Shown piece by piece: positions 42,532 to 54,212 of a DNA stretch of 64,000 nucleotides (positions are counted from its first letter, which is position 1; each line of letters opens with the position of its first letter). A program made the translations under genes and the position numbers. Below the pieces are notes generated by a model. The model worked only from the letters and a program-made list of their open reading frames with translations. It was not told the DNA's origin and ran no database searches. Source of the DNA: Gammaproteobacteria bacterium (lineage in GTDB: Bacteria; Pseudomonadota; Gammaproteobacteria; JACCYU01); NCBI GenBank assembly GCA_013695765.1, contig JACCZW010000097.1, positions 402 through 64,401 on the forward strand, written 5' to 3'.

Positions 42532-44066
42532 TGAGCCGGGGCTTTGTCGATCTGCGCGTAGCGCACGGTGACGCGCTCTCCGAACACAACGCGGTATGGC
42601 CCTCGTTCACCGACATCATGACCGTGATTGTCATGATCTTTCTGTTGACCAGCATGGTGGTGATCATGCGCAACTGGGAGCTGGTGGAGAATCTGCGCGC
42701 CAGCATTGAGGCGGAGCAACAGGCCGCCGAGGCGGCGCGCGACACGGCGCAGGCCCGTCAATCGGTGGAACAGCAACTCGTGCGCGCGCAAGCGGAGATC
42801 GTGGATCTTAAGGCCGAGCGCGAACGCGCCGCCGTTGAAGCGCGGCGCGACGCGCAACTGCTGGCCGAGCGCGACAGCAGTTTGTCGTCGATCCGCGCCG
42901 AGGTTAAGCGATTGTCCGCGAGTTTGCAGTCGTCGTATGACGAAACGGATTCGCTGCGCGCCGATCGCGCGCAACTGCAAAGTGCAATCGCGCTAGCACA
43001 GACGCAACTCGAATCCGCGCGGGCAAGTGCCGCGGCCCTGTCCGGAAATCTGGCCTCGTCGCGGGAGCGGGTGAGCGCCCTGGAGCAGGAGGTGCGGCAG
43101 ACGGCGGCTCAGCGCAAGGCGTTGCAGACGGCTTTCGAGTCGCAGCGCGCCGACTCTAGCCGCCTGCAGGAAGAGTTGCAGTCGTCCCGTCAGCGGGGCG
43201 GCACGCTGGAATCAGCGCTCGAGCAGGCGCGCCAGCGCGGCGGGCAATTGCAGGCGGAATACGCTGCACGGCAGGCGGAGTTGCAGGCTGCGGAATCGAG
43301 GATCGCGGCGCTTGCGCAGTCGCTGGACGTTGCCGGCGAACGGGTGAGCACACTGGAGCGGGAGATCGAACAGGGACGCAGCGCGCGCGCGGCCTTGCGG
43401 GATTCACTGGCGGGGGGCGAGACGGAGCTGAGCGCGGCGGAACAACGGATTGCGCGGCTCACGCAGACGCTATCAGCCGCGAAGGAGACGGGGCGCGGCA
43501 TGCAGAGCCAGGTCGAACAGGCGCGCACCGAGACCTCCGATCTGCGGGCGGAGTACGACCGTCAGCAGACGCTTCTGAGCGCGGCGCAGGCCCGGGCCGC
43601 GGAACTCGATACGACGCTTAGCGCCCGGATGCAGGAACTGCAAAACCTGCGTCAGGCGCGCGCGCAAGCCGCGCAGCAAAGCCAGCAAAACGAACACCGG
43701 CTGACGGAATTGCGTGGCGATTTCGACACGTTGCAGGTCAAGTACGACCGACTGATTCAACCGGCGCGCAACGCCGACGGCAAACACGTCGTGGAAGTGC
43801 GTTACGACAAGGGCACGGAAGGTTACCGCATCGGTTTGAAAGACAGCGCGGATCAGGCTTACAGCACGGTAGGTCGCGACCAACTGATGCGCCGACTGGA
43901 TGAACTCAAGGCGCGCCATAAAGACGATTTGTATGTGCGCGTAATCATCCCCGACAGCAGCGGCCTGTCCTACAACGAGGCCTGGGATTTCACCAACGAG
44001 ATCCTGAGCAGCTACGATTATTATTATCAGGCGCCCGGCCGCGAATCCGGTGCGGAGGCGCCGTAA
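42531..44066 (+). CDS. MotB/TolR/ExbD-like stator subunit with a very long coiled-coil linker and a divergent OmpA/MotB-like C-terminal domain
   Basis: N-terminus WPSFTDIMTVIVMIFLLTSMVV matches MotB WMVTYADLMT..FFLL, including the protonatable Asp. About 370 aa are rich in A, Q, R, E, L heptads. The C-terminus ...STVGRDQLMRRLDELKARHKDDLYVRVIIPDSSGLSYNEAWDFTNEIL resembles the OmpA-like core (..LD.LA..L....D..V.V.GHTDS.GS..YN..LS..RA). Confidence 0.6.
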   Translation: MSRGFVDLRVAHGDALSEHNAVWPSFTDIMTVIVMIFLLTSMVVIMRNWELVENLRASIEAEQQAAEAARDTAQARQSVEQQLVRAQAEIVDLKAERERAAVEARRDAQLLAERDSSLSSIRAEVKRLSASLQSSYDETDSLRADRAQLQSAIALAQTQLESARASAAALSGNLASSRERVSALEQEVRQTAAQRKALQTAFESQRADSSRLQEELQSSRQRGGTLESALEQARQRGGQLQAEYAARQAELQAAESRIAALAQSLDVAGERVSTLEREIEQGRSARAALRDSLAGGETELSAAEQRIARLTQTLSAAKETGRGMQSQVEQARTETSDLRAEYDRQQTLLSAAQARAAELDTTLSARMQELQNLRQARAQAAQQSQQNEHRLTELRGDFDTLQVKYDRLIQPARNADGKHVVEVRYDKGTEGYRIGLKDSADQAYSTVGRDQLMRRLDELKARHKDDLYVRVIIPDSSGLSYNEAWDFTNEILSSYDYYYQAPGRESGAEAP

Positions 44067-44179
44067 GGGCGTTTCCGCGACGGCGTGTCGTTCCAGTCGC
44101 GTCGTTCTAAATCCGGCGGGCCGGGCGCATTTCGCCCAAATCTGGTCTGGGTGCTACTGGCTGGTTCGGAATTATCCTC

Positions 44180-45379
44180 ATGCGATCTCGACACTCGGAA
44201 TCAACGCAGCATGCGCTTTCGCTGCCAGCGCCCTCCGCGGACGCGAAAGCGTTAAGCGCGGCGCTGGTAGAGGAGGTTCGTCGCGCCATCGACGACGCCG
44301 GCGGCAGCATCGGCTTCGAACGATACATGGCTATGGCGATGTACGACCCGCAGTTTGGCTATTATCACAACGGCTCGCGCAAATTCGGCGCGGGTGGCGA
44401 CTTCGTCACCGCGCCTGAGATCTCGCCTTTGTTCGCGCGAGCGATGGCGGGTCATTGCGCGCGGGCGCTCAAGGAACTCGAAGGCGGCGACCTGCTGGAG
44501 TTCGGTCCCGGCTCGGGCGCGCTCGCGGCGCAGATGCTAACGGAACTGGAGCGACTCGAAGCGCTGCCAGGACGTTACCTGATGCTGGAACTGAGCGGCG
44601 AGTTGCGCCAGCGTCAGCACGACTGGTTGCGAACATCGGTGCCGCACCTGGCTGACCGGGTCGAGTGGCTGCAAGCTCTTCCCGCCCAGGGCTTTACCGG
44701 CGTGGTGCTGGCCAACGAGGTGCTGGACGCAATGCCGGTCACGTGTTTCGCGGTGCGCGAAGCTGACGTCCTGGAGCGACGCGTTGGCTGCGATCCGGGC
44801 GGCGCGCCAGCCTTTCGAGAGTACCGCGCCGATGAGCTTGCGCGGGCGCGGGTGGACGGGATCACCGCGTCACTGCCTGAACCGCTCTGCGACGGTTATT
44901 GCAGCGAATTCAACCCAGCGGTCGATGCGTGGGTGCGCGCACTGAGCGAACGGCTGGAGCGAGGGCTGATCCTGATCTGCGATTACGGTTATCCGCGCCG
45001 CGAGTATTATCATCCACAGCGCCGTAACGGCACCTTACTGTGCCATTACCGGCACCGCGCGCACGCCGATCCCTTCTTCTATCCCGGTCTGCAGGACATC
45101 AGCGCCAACGTGGATTTCACCGCGGTTGCTGAAGCGGCCGCGGCAGCGCAACTGGATCTTATCGCCTACACCAGCCAGTCGCAGTTCCTGCTGGGAAGTG
45201 GGGTACTGGATACGCTGGAACTCGTGGACAATGACGCGGAACGCCTGCGCGTAGCACAGGAAATAAAATTACTGACGTTGCCCGGTGAGATGGGCGATCG
45301 TTTTCACTTGATGGCGCTGGGTAAAAACTACACGCCGCCAGCTCGGTTCTCGCTGCGGGATTTCCGCGCGCGGTTATAA
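44180..45379 (+). CDS. class I SAM-dependent methyltransferase, MidA/NDUFAF7 (DUF185) family
   Basis: 399 aa with FVTAPEISPLFA and LLEFGPGSGALA motifs of the family. Confidence 0.7.
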   Translation: MRSRHSESTQHALSLPAPSADAKALSAALVEEVRRAIDDAGGSIGFERYMAMAMYDPQFGYYHNGSRKFGAGGDFVTAPEISPLFARAMAGHCARALKELEGGDLLEFGPGSGALAAQMLTELERLEALPGRYLMLELSGELRQRQHDWLRTSVPHLADRVEWLQALPAQGFTGVVLANEVLDAMPVTCFAVREADVLERRVGCDPGGAPAFREYRADELARARVDGITASLPEPLCDGYCSEFNPAVDAWVRALSERLERGLILICDYGYPRREYYHPQRRNGTLLCHYRHRAHADPFFYPGLQDISANVDFTAVAEAAAAAQLDLIAYTSQSQFLLGSGVLDTLELVDNDAERLRVAQEIKLLTLPGEMGDRFHLMALGKNYTPPARFSLRDFRARL

Positions 45380-45455
45380 GCTGCCGCGCCACCGAGCCAA
45401 CCGCCGCAGACCCTTCCGCTGCCAGTTTGGCGCGCTTGTTCGCCAGGCAAAAGCA

Positions 45456-46046
45456 TTATGTACCGGTTATTTCTGTGCCCAGGAGCGATCCGAATGCGTG
45501 CGTCTCGTGAACATTGCCAGAATAAGCCAGCTTAGCTTCACGATGAAGTTCCTCAGCTAACTTTTCTACATGGTCTTTTGCACGAGTGGCCGCGTCGGGC
45601 GACACTTCCGTTCCCAGTTCACTTTGGTAGTTTGGCGGGAAATTCCCCTCTTTGAATTTAACAGGTCTTTCGCCTGCCTCAGTTTTTGGATGCACTATCC
45701 GATCGCGTAACTTAAAGAGACGCTTCGCCGTTTGAAAAGCACCCTGGGAAGGATCAGGGGTCGGTAGGTTAAGCAGTTTGGCCAAGACCCGATACTTGCC
45801 GAGAGGTCCGTGAGTGGGGTGTCGCGAGAAGAACTGCCTTTCGTCCTCCCACACTTCCGGAGCAATGCGGCTCCCGAGCCAATTAAGGTAGCCTTCGAAA
45901 GCCAAGGCAGAGAGAAGCATACTAGTCAGCGCGAAGAACTTTGCGTCCTCGTTAGGTGACGTAGCCAGCTGCAGGTTTCTGTGGACCGCGACCCAAAGGA
46001 TTCGATGGTTGTAGGTTTCAAACGTTTGCTGTCGTTCTATTTTCAT
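45456..46046 (-). CDS. hypothetical protein in a low-GC islet
   Basis: 196 aa ORF. Region 45.40-46.06 kb is markedly more AT-rich than the flanks. No family recognised. Confidence 0.5.
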   Translation of the reverse strand: MKIERQQTFETYNHRILWVAVHRNLQLATSPNEDAKFFALTSMLLSALAFEGYLNWLGSRIAPEVWEDERQFFSRHPTHGPLGKYRVLAKLLNLPTPDPSQGAFQTAKRLFKLRDRIVHPKTEAGERPVKFKEGNFPPNYQSELGTEVSPDAATRAKDHVEKLAEELHREAKLAYSGNVHETHAFGSLLGTEITGT

Positions 46047-46066
46047 CGCCTAGTTTCGAGTAGCCT

Positions 46067-47356
46067 TCACAAGTTCGGCGTCTCCGATCCCTGTGCCGAA
46101 CTGGCGATGTTTGCCTGATCGTGGCTCGTGCCGGAACTTCGCATGTCGCGGATCGCCGCGATGCGCTTTTCCCGTAACGCCTGTTTCAGCATCTCGCCCT
46201 TGAGTCCCGAGTTCGCCAGCGCGCCCGCATTCACACCCGCTGCCGCCGCGCTCGCCGCGCGAAGAGTTCCGGCCTGCGGATAGTCGCGGTCCTGTAAGCC
46301 TGCGCGTCCGCGCGCGTCAGCTTCGCAGGCCACCAGAAACTGCTCGAAACGATCCGGGCGACGGAACGCATCGATTCGCTCCAGCACGTTCAAGGTCGTC
46401 GCCGGGCGCAGCTCCAGCGCGCGATGGCAATGCAGGTGATAACGCGCGACCTGGCCGGCCAGTGCCCGGTAGTCGTTAGGCGCCTTGAGGCGATCGCACA
46501 GCGCGGTTACCAGTGCCACGCCGTGCTGCTCGTGACGGTAATGGTGCGGCCATTGTTCACGCGGCGTGACTCCTTTGCCGAGATCGTGCGTGAGCGCGGC
46601 GAATCGAGTCCGCGGATCCGTAGTCAGCCGAGCGGCTTCGGTCAATACCAGCAGGGTGTGAACGCCGGTATCGATTTCCGGGTGATACCGCGCGGGTTGC
46701 GGCACGCCGAACAGACAGTCGAGCTCGGGAAATATCACCGCCAGCGCGCCGCAGGTGCGCAGCACTTCGAAAAACTCGGACGGCGTGCGTTCGCTTAGAG
46801 CCTTGACCAGTTCCTGCCAGACGCGCTCGGGCACCAGCGCGTCCGCTTCGCCACTCTTGACCATCGCGCGCATTAGCTGGTCGGTTTCCGCCGCCACGTC
46901 GAATCCCAGATGTTTGAAGCGGGCTGCGAAACGCGCGGTTCTCAAAATCCGCACGGGATCTTCGGCGAACGCGGGCGATATGTGGCGCAGTACGCGCTGA
47001 TGCAAATCGTCGCGGCCGCCATAAAAGTCGATGACGTTGCCGGCGTCGTCCTCGGCCAGGGCATTGATGGTCAGGTCGCGGCGCAGAAGATCCTGCTCTA
47101 AGGTCACGTCCGGCGAGGTATGAACGCTGAATCCGCGATAGCCGGCCGCGGTCTTGCGCTCGGTGCGGGCGAGCGCGTACTCCTCTTTGGTGCGCGGATG
47201 CAGAAACACCGGAAAGTCCCGGCCGACGGGTTTGTAACCCTGCGCTACAAGGTCTGCCTGTCGCGCGCCCACTACTACCCAGTCGCGCTCCTTGACTGCC
47301 AGCCCCATCAGTTTGTCGCGCACCGCGCCGCCCACCAGAAAGATTTTCATGCGCAA
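46067..47356 (-). CDS. cca: multifunctional CCA tRNA nucleotidyltransferase with HD phosphohydrolase domain
   Basis: GGAVRD and RRDLTINA head-domain motifs. C-terminal HD domain (HTLLV...THDLGK). Confidence 0.85.
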   Translation of the reverse strand: MRMKIFLVGGAVRDKLMGLAVKERDWVVVGARQADLVAQGYKPVGRDFPVFLHPRTKEEYALARTERKTAAGYRGFSVHTSPDVTLEQDLLRRDLTINALAEDDAGNVIDFYGGRDDLHQRVLRHISPAFAEDPVRILRTARFAARFKHLGFDVAAETDQLMRAMVKSGEADALVPERVWQELVKALSERTPSEFFEVLRTCGALAVIFPELDCLFGVPQPARYHPEIDTGVHTLLVLTEAARLTTDPRTRFAALTHDLGKGVTPREQWPHHYRHEQHGVALVTALCDRLKAPNDYRALAGQVARYHLHCHRALELRPATTLNVLERIDAFRRPDRFEQFLVACEADARGRAGLQDRDYPQAGTLRAASAAAAGVNAGALANSGLKGEMLKQALREKRIAAIRDMRSSGTSHDQANIASSAQGSETPNL

Positions 47357-47449
47357 AAGCCTAGCGCATAACCGGCGGCAAATGCGACTGTCGCGTGGAT
47401 CCGATCACGATGGCGGTCATCGTGCCGCACGTGCTAAATTTCGTAAGTC

Positions 47450-48502
47450 ATGTGCGATTGTTGCCGGTTTTTAACCATAGTGTTGCTGGCGTTCTCGCTC
47501 GTCGCATGCGACACGATGTCGTATTATGCCCAATCCATCGGCGGTCAGCTGCGCTTGCTGTCCAGCCGCGAACCGATAACGGCGTTACTGAAGGATCCTG
47601 GCACGGATGCGAGGCTAAAAAAACGTCTGGCGCGGGCGCAAACGATGCGCGCTTTCGCAAGCGACGTAATCGGGCTGCCTGACAACGACAGTTACCGCGG
47701 CTATGTGGAACTTGAGCATCCGTTTGTCGTCTGGTCGCTGTTCGCCACGCCGGAATTTTCGCTCACACCCCGGCAATGGTGTTTCCCCATCGCCGGCTGC
47801 GTGCCGTATCGCGGTTATTTCGCCGCGCGCGACGCGCGGGAGTTTGCGCGCGCATTGAGGGCGCAAGGCATGGATGTGTACGTTGGCGGCGTCGCGGCGT
47901 ATTCGACGCTTGGATGGTTCGACGATCCGTTGCTCAGCAGCATGCTTTATCGCGGCGAGACAGAAACCGCGGCCATCATCTTCCACGAACTGGCGCATGC
48001 TGAAGTTTATGCGGCCGATGACGCGGTGTTCAACGAGAGCTTCGCGATGACGGTCGAGCATGCGGGCATGCATCGCTGGCTGATGGCGCACGGCACGAGC
48101 GCGCAACAGCTAGCCTATCGATCTACGTGGCGACGCAGACAGGCGTTTTACGATCTGATCGAAACCGCGCGCGAGCGGCTTTCCGTACTTTACGCGAGCG
48201 ACGCGAAAATCGCGTTCAAGCGCCGGGGGAAGCGGCGGATGATCGTGCAACTGCGAATGGATTACCGGCGTCTGCAACGGCGCGGGGCCGGCGATGACGG
48301 CTACGATTACTGGTTCAATGCGCCGATCAACAACGCCAAGCTGGCGGCGGTCGCGACTTATCGTGATCTGGTGCCGAATTTCGAGCGCCTGCTGGCGCGC
48401 TGCGATGGCGATTTAACACGCTTTTATCGCGAGGTCGTGCGCCTGAGTGAGGTCGCGCCGCGTGAACGCCGCCTACGACTGGAGTCGGCGTTGTCCTGCT
48501 AG
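47450..48502 (+). CDS. predicted zinc aminopeptidase lipoprotein (DUF2265/COG4324-like, HExxH)
   Basis: Lipobox LVAC; IFHELAHAEVY zinc-binding motif. Confidence 0.65.
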   Translation: MCDCCRFLTIVLLAFSLVACDTMSYYAQSIGGQLRLLSSREPITALLKDPGTDARLKKRLARAQTMRAFASDVIGLPDNDSYRGYVELEHPFVVWSLFATPEFSLTPRQWCFPIAGCVPYRGYFAARDAREFARALRAQGMDVYVGGVAAYSTLGWFDDPLLSSMLYRGETETAAIIFHELAHAEVYAADDAVFNESFAMTVEHAGMHRWLMAHGTSAQQLAYRSTWRRRQAFYDLIETARERLSVLYASDAKIAFKRRGKRRMIVQLRMDYRRLQRRGAGDDGYDYWFNAPINNAKLAAVATYRDLVPNFERLLARCDGDLTRFYREVVRLSEVAPRERRLRLESALSC

Positions 48503-49398
48503 CGGCGCCCGATATAGCCGGGCACCACGGATTCCAGCGAAGTCGGACAGCGCTGCTCGCCGACGCAGACGCTATCGCGGGTTAGCGACTGGTAATTGTC
48601 CAGCGAGAACGGTTTGCCAGGCACGTATTCGAGCACCTGCGCCTGCGCTCTAGACAGGCGCGCCGGCAGGCCGATGACCAGCCGTCTGATACCCATCACG
48701 CGGGCGATGTATCGCACCAGTTCGGCGAGCGTGTAATTGTGCGGACCGCACAGATCGATGCGTTTACCGAATGTGTTGCGGTCGCGCAGCGCGGCCTCAA
48801 AGGCGTCCACGACATCGCCGACATAAACGGGTGCGAAGCGCGCGTTGGGACAGGCCAGCGGCAACAGCGGCGATATCTTAAGCAGGCCGGCGAATCGATT
48901 GATGAAGCTGTCGTCGGGCCCGAAGATTACCGACGGGCGGAAGCTCGTAACGTTAAGATCATCGCCGGCGCCGGCATGGACAAAATCTTCCGCCTCGCCC
49001 TTGCTGCGCGAATAAAAACTGGGACCGTCCGCGGCGTCGGCGCCAAGCGCGCTCATCTGCAACAGCCGCCGCACACCTGTCTGCCGGCAGGCCGCGATCA
49101 CCGCGTGCGCCAGCTCGACGTGCGCGCGCTTGAAGCCCGCGCCATCGTGACCGCGTTCGTTGAGAATGCCGACCAGGTTGATGACGGTGTCGCAACCCTG
49201 AAAATGCCGGCCGAGTTGCACGGGGTCGTGCACGTCGGCTTCGACCAGCTTGACGGTGGGAAGCACGAGCAAACCGCGGTGACGTTCGGGCCTGCGCGTC
49301 AGTACTTTTACTCGCAGCCGTCGTTCCGCCAGCCGGCTGACGAGATGTTGCCCGACGAAGCCCGTGCCGCCCAGTACACAGATGGTTTGCTCACTCAT
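48499..49398 (-). CDS. NAD-dependent epimerase/dehydratase, complex I NDUFA9-like family
   Basis: GGTGFVGQHLV Rossmann motif and atypical SDR layout. Confidence 0.65.
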   Translation of the reverse strand: MSEQTICVLGGTGFVGQHLVSRLAERRLRVKVLTRRPERHRGLLVLPTVKLVEADVHDPVQLGRHFQGCDTVINLVGILNERGHDGAGFKRAHVELAHAVIAACRQTGVRRLLQMSALGADAADGPSFYSRSKGEAEDFVHAGAGDDLNVTSFRPSVIFGPDDSFINRFAGLLKISPLLPLACPNARFAPVYVGDVVDAFEAALRDRNTFGKRIDLCGPHNYTLAELVRYIARVMGIRRLVIGLPARLSRAQAQVLEYVPGKPFSLDNYQSLTRDSVCVGEQRCPTSLESVVPGYIGRR

Positions 49399-49461
49399 GA
49401 TGTAAATCGACCTTGGGTAAGTAAACAGACGTTCTTTTAAAACTTTGCTGTCCGCGCGCTC

Positions 49462-50736
49462 TCAGGCCGTCCGGCGCGCCGTCCGGTGCCGTCCTGGTCT
49501 GCCGGCGCCTGCTTTGGCCGGCGCAAGGCGGGGCTTGCGCTCGATCTTGGCCGGCGAGCGAGGGACGGCGAGTAATTCCGGTTCGACATCCGCGGCGGGA
49601 ATCTTGTAGTTGAGAAATTCCTCGATATCCGGCAGGTGAACCGCATAGTCTTCACAGGCGAAGCTGATGGCGTCGCCTTCCGCGCCGGCGCGCGCCGTGC
49701 GGCCGATGCGGTGCACGTAGTCTTCCGCGGATTCGGGCAGATCGAAATTTATGATGTGGCTGACAGCCGGAATGTGGAGGCCGCGCGAGGCGACATCGGT
49801 CGCGACCAGCAGCGGGTATTCGCCGGATAGAAAACCTTGCAACAGCGTTTGACGTTTGCGCTGCGGAACATCGCCGGACAACAGCGCGACCTTGTAATCG
49901 TTGCCGGTGAGCCAGGCCGCGACCTTTTCCGCGACGTGTTTGGTGTTGACGAAGATCATGGTGCGTTCCGGGCGATGCCGGCGCAGCAGGCCGATCAGCA
50001 ACGGGATCTTGTCGGCGTTCGACGGATAATAGATGATCTGGCGCACGTTGTCGGCCGTGACTTGGTCGGACTCGATCTTGATCAGTTCAGGGTTGTCCAT
50101 GTGTTCGTAGGCCAACTCCATCACGCGATACGACAAGGTTGCCGAAAACAGCATGGAGAGGCGCTCCTCCGGCTTGGGCATGCGCCGCAACAGAAAACGG
50201 ATGTCCTTGATGAAGCCGAGATCGAACATGCGGTCGGCCTCGTCCAGCACAAGAATTTCGATGGCGCGCAGATCGAACACTTTCTGCTTGAAATAATCGA
50301 TGATGCGTCCTGGTGTGCCGATGAGGACGTCGACGCCGGCCGTCAGGGTGCCGCGCTGTTTCACGTAGTCGGTGCCGCCATAAATCAACCCCAGTTCGAA
50401 GCCCGTGTGGCGGCCCAGTTGCACGGCGTCCTTGTGAATTTGTATGGCGAGTTCCCGCGTGGGCGCGAGTATCAGCGCGCGCGGCTGCGTGACGGTGCGG
50501 GTGGCCGGCGCCTCCGTGCTCAGTAGCTGCGTATACATAGCGACGAGAAACGCCGCGGTCTTGCCGGTGCCGGTCTGCGCCTGTCCCGCGACGTCGCGGC
50601 CGGCGAGCAGGTTCGGAAGGGCGCGGGCCTGAATGAGTGTGCAGCGCGAGAAACCCGCGTCGTCCAGCCCCTGCTGGACCGGCGACGGCAACTCGAATTG
50701 TGAAAAGCGTATATCGGATAATAGTTGAGTGGTCAT
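49462..50736 (-). CDS. rhlB: ATP-dependent RNA helicase RhlB
   Basis: DEAD-box motifs ([23 protein letters not shown]). Colinear with E. coli RhlB. Divergent from trxA as in E. coli. Confidence 0.85.
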   Translation of the reverse strand: MTTQLLSDIRFSQFELPSPVQQGLDDAGFSRCTLIQARALPNLLAGRDVAGQAQTGTGKTAAFLVAMYTQLLSTEAPATRTVTQPRALILAPTRELAIQIHKDAVQLGRHTGFELGLIYGGTDYVKQRGTLTAGVDVLIGTPGRIIDYFKQKVFDLRAIEILVLDEADRMFDLGFIKDIRFLLRRMPKPEERLSMLFSATLSYRVMELAYEHMDNPELIKIESDQVTADNVRQIIYYPSNADKIPLLIGLLRRHRPERTMIFVNTKHVAEKVAAWLTGNDYKVALLSGDVPQRKRQTLLQGFLSGEYPLLVATDVASRGLHIPAVSHIINFDLPESAEDYVHRIGRTARAGAEGDAISFACEDYAVHLPDIEEFLNYKIPAADVEPELLAVPRSPAKIERKPRLAPAKAGAGRPGRHRTARRTA

Positions 50737-50865
50737 GGGTCTAGCATAGCGTAATTTGTCGCATGCCGGCTAACCACTGCCGAACGTGGACTTGGTTTAG
50801 TCTATGCGTTAATCTCCAATATATTACAATTAAGCGCGCACCACGCCGCTGCGAAGGCTTATCCC

Positions 50866-51192
50866 ATGAGCGAAAAAATCACCCATATCACCGATGATAG
50901 TTTCGATGCCGAAGTGCTCAGCGCGGACACGCCTGTACTGGTCGATTACTGGGCGGAATGGTGTGGCCCGTGCAAAATGATCGCGCCAATTCTGGATCAG
51001 ATTGCCAGCGATTACGACGGTAAACTGAAGGTGACCAAGCTCAATATAGACGACAATCCCGCCGTGCCGCGTCGCTATGGCATACGCGGCATACCTACGC
51101 TCATGATCTTCAAGGGTGGCGATGTGCAGGCCACCAAGGTAGGCGCTGTATCGAAGTCACAGCTGACCGCATTTATCGATAACAGCATTTAG
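50866..51192 (+). CDS. trxA: thioredoxin 1
   Basis: 108 aa with WCGPC active site; almost colinear with E. coli TrxA. Confidence 0.95.
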   Translation: MSEKITHITDDSFDAEVLSADTPVLVDYWAEWCGPCKMIAPILDQIASDYDGKLKVTKLNIDDNPAVPRRYGIRGIPTLMIFKGGDVQATKVGAVSKSQLTAFIDNSI

Positions 51193-51505
51193 GTCGCGGA
51201 TTGTAATAGTTGAAGCGGGCGGAATAAACGCTGGACGATCCACAGGTATGATGTTAGCATCCAGCGAGTTTTAGTTTATTCCTGCCGTTCAGGCATTTCC
51301 TCTTTTTTAGCAAACGATACACTGCCAAGACGACGTCCCCGCGGGCGCGAAGCGTTCGAATTACGCCGTCAAAGGTCAGGTTTTCATCGATAATTAAGAC
51401 CTCTGGCGCCTGCCGAAGGTCGCATGCCGGAATCTGTTTCCAGTGCTGTCGCTCGCATGTGCGTGCCGGTCAGCGCGATATATCCATTGATGGTAGCGCA
51501 CACTT

Positions 51506-52762
<1,257 letters not shown>

Positions 52763-52774
52763 GCCGCTTCACCC

Positions 52775-52800
52775 CGGTCATCAGCGAGTCACGGTCGCTC
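52775..52800. terminator. possible bidirectional terminator hairpin between convergent rho and purD
   Basis: AGCGAGtcacggtCGCTCGCT stem-loop in the 39-nt gap. Confidence 0.3.
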
Positions 52801-52801
52801 G

Positions 52802-54109
52802 CTAGACTCGACTGCCACCATCGGCGCGGCGGTTCATCGCCCGATAGCCAATATCCGTTCGGTAATACGCGCCTTCCCACCCTACGCGCCGCACTCCCCG
52901 GTAAGCGAGACTCCGCGCTTCTTCGACCGTCCCGCCGAGTGCTGTGACACACAGCACACGCCCGCCGCTGGTGACAATGGACCCGTTGCGTTCGGCGGTG
53001 CCGGCATGGAATACCTTTACATCGTCAGCGTCAATTTCGTGCAGGCCGTCGATCGAGTGCCCCGACTTGCAGGCGCCGGGATAACCGCCCGCGGCCATGA
53101 CCACGCCTAAGGCCACCCGCGGATCCCATTCAGCCTTCGCGTCCGCGAACCTGTCGCCAAGCGCGGCCAGGCAAAGCTCGACGGGATCGGATCGCAGGCG
53201 CATCAACATCGGTTGTGTCTCCGGGTCACCCAGACGACAATTGAATTCCAGCGCGCGGGGCCTGCCCGCGGCATCGATCATCAGGCCGGCATACAAGAAG
53301 CCGGTATAAGGATTGTCTTCGGCGGCCATCCCACGCACAGCCGGTTCGATCACCTCGTGCATGATGCGCGCGTATACGTCCGGCGTGACGATCGGCGCCG
53401 GCGAGTACGCACCCATGCCGCCCGTGTTGGGACCGGTGTCGCCATCGTCGCGCGCCTTGTGATCCTGTGACGTCGCGAGCGGCAGCACCTGTTCGCCGTT
53501 CACCATGCAGATGAAGCTCGCCTCTTCGCCCTCCAGGAATTCCTCTATAACCACCTGCGTTCCGGCGGCCCCAAAAGTCCGACCACCCAACATGTCACGC
53601 GCCGTGGCGATCGCTTCATGCTCGCTATGCGCGAGAACTACGCCCTTGCCCGCGGCCAGCCCGTCGGCCTTGACCACGATGGGCGCGCCGCGCTCGCGGA
53701 TGTAAGCGGTGGCGCTTTCTATATCGGCAAACGCGGCGAACGCCGCGGTCGGGATCTTGTGGCGCGCGAGAAATTCTTTGCTGAAGCGTTTCGAGCCTTC
53801 CAGTTGTGCGGCTTTTTTTGTCGGCCCGAATATACTCAATCCGGCGGCGCGGAATTCATCGACAATGCCCGCCACCAGCGGCGCTTCGGGTCCGACGATG
53901 GTCAGGTCAATCGAATTGTCGCGCGCGAAATCCAGCAAACCCGCGATATCTTCCGCAACTATTTTGATATTGACGGTCTTCGGCTCGCGCGCCGTGCCGG
54001 CGTTGCCGGGTGCTACGAACACGCGCTCGACCCGCGACGATTGCGCGACTTTCCAGGCAAGTGCGTGTTCACGCCCGCCGCCGCCAATGATCAGAATCTT
54101 CATAGTCAT
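52802..54109 (-). CDS. purD: phosphoribosylamine--glycine ligase
   Basis: MKILIIGGGGREHALAWK N-terminus and ATP-grasp domain. Confidence 0.9.
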   Translation of the reverse strand: MTMKILIIGGGGREHALAWKVAQSSRVERVFVAPGNAGTAREPKTVNIKIVAEDIAGLLDFARDNSIDLTIVGPEAPLVAGIVDEFRAAGLSIFGPTKKAAQLEGSKRFSKEFLARHKIPTAAFAAFADIESATAYIRERGAPIVVKADGLAAGKGVVLAHSEHEAIATARDMLGGRTFGAAGTQVVIEEFLEGEEASFICMVNGEQVLPLATSQDHKARDDGDTGPNTGGMGAYSPAPIVTPDVYARIMHEVIEPAVRGMAAEDNPYTGFLYAGLMIDAAGRPRALEFNCRLGDPETQPMLMRLRSDPVELCLAALGDRFADAKAEWDPRVALGVVMAAGGYPGACKSGHSIDGLHEIDADDVKVFHAGTAERNGSIVTSGGRVLCVTALGGTVEEARSLAYRGVRRVGWEGAYYRTDIGYRAMNRRADGGSRV

Positions 54110-54212
54110 ACCGCGAGCATAGCGTCGAAGGACAGGTTAGACCAGCCGGCTGTAACCTTTAAGCAAACTATGACAATGATGGATTCTGCAGCTTAAGCCG
54201 CTATTTTTGCGA

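Noticed and set aside
42393-43919. Multiple overlapping ORFs on both strands inside the MotB-like gene
   Set aside because: Products of the repetitive GC-rich coiled-coil codons (GCx/CAG/CGC) being open in several frames. The gene frame shows heptad periodicity and conserved N- and C-terminal modules.
41560-44066. Assignment of the stator-like pair to Zorya (ZorAB)
   Set aside because: In Zorya the long tail is on the MotA-like ZorA, ZorB has a standard short linker plus PG-binding domain, and ZorC/D/E genes follow. None of this holds here: the tail is on the B subunit and the next gene is a MidA-like methyltransferase.
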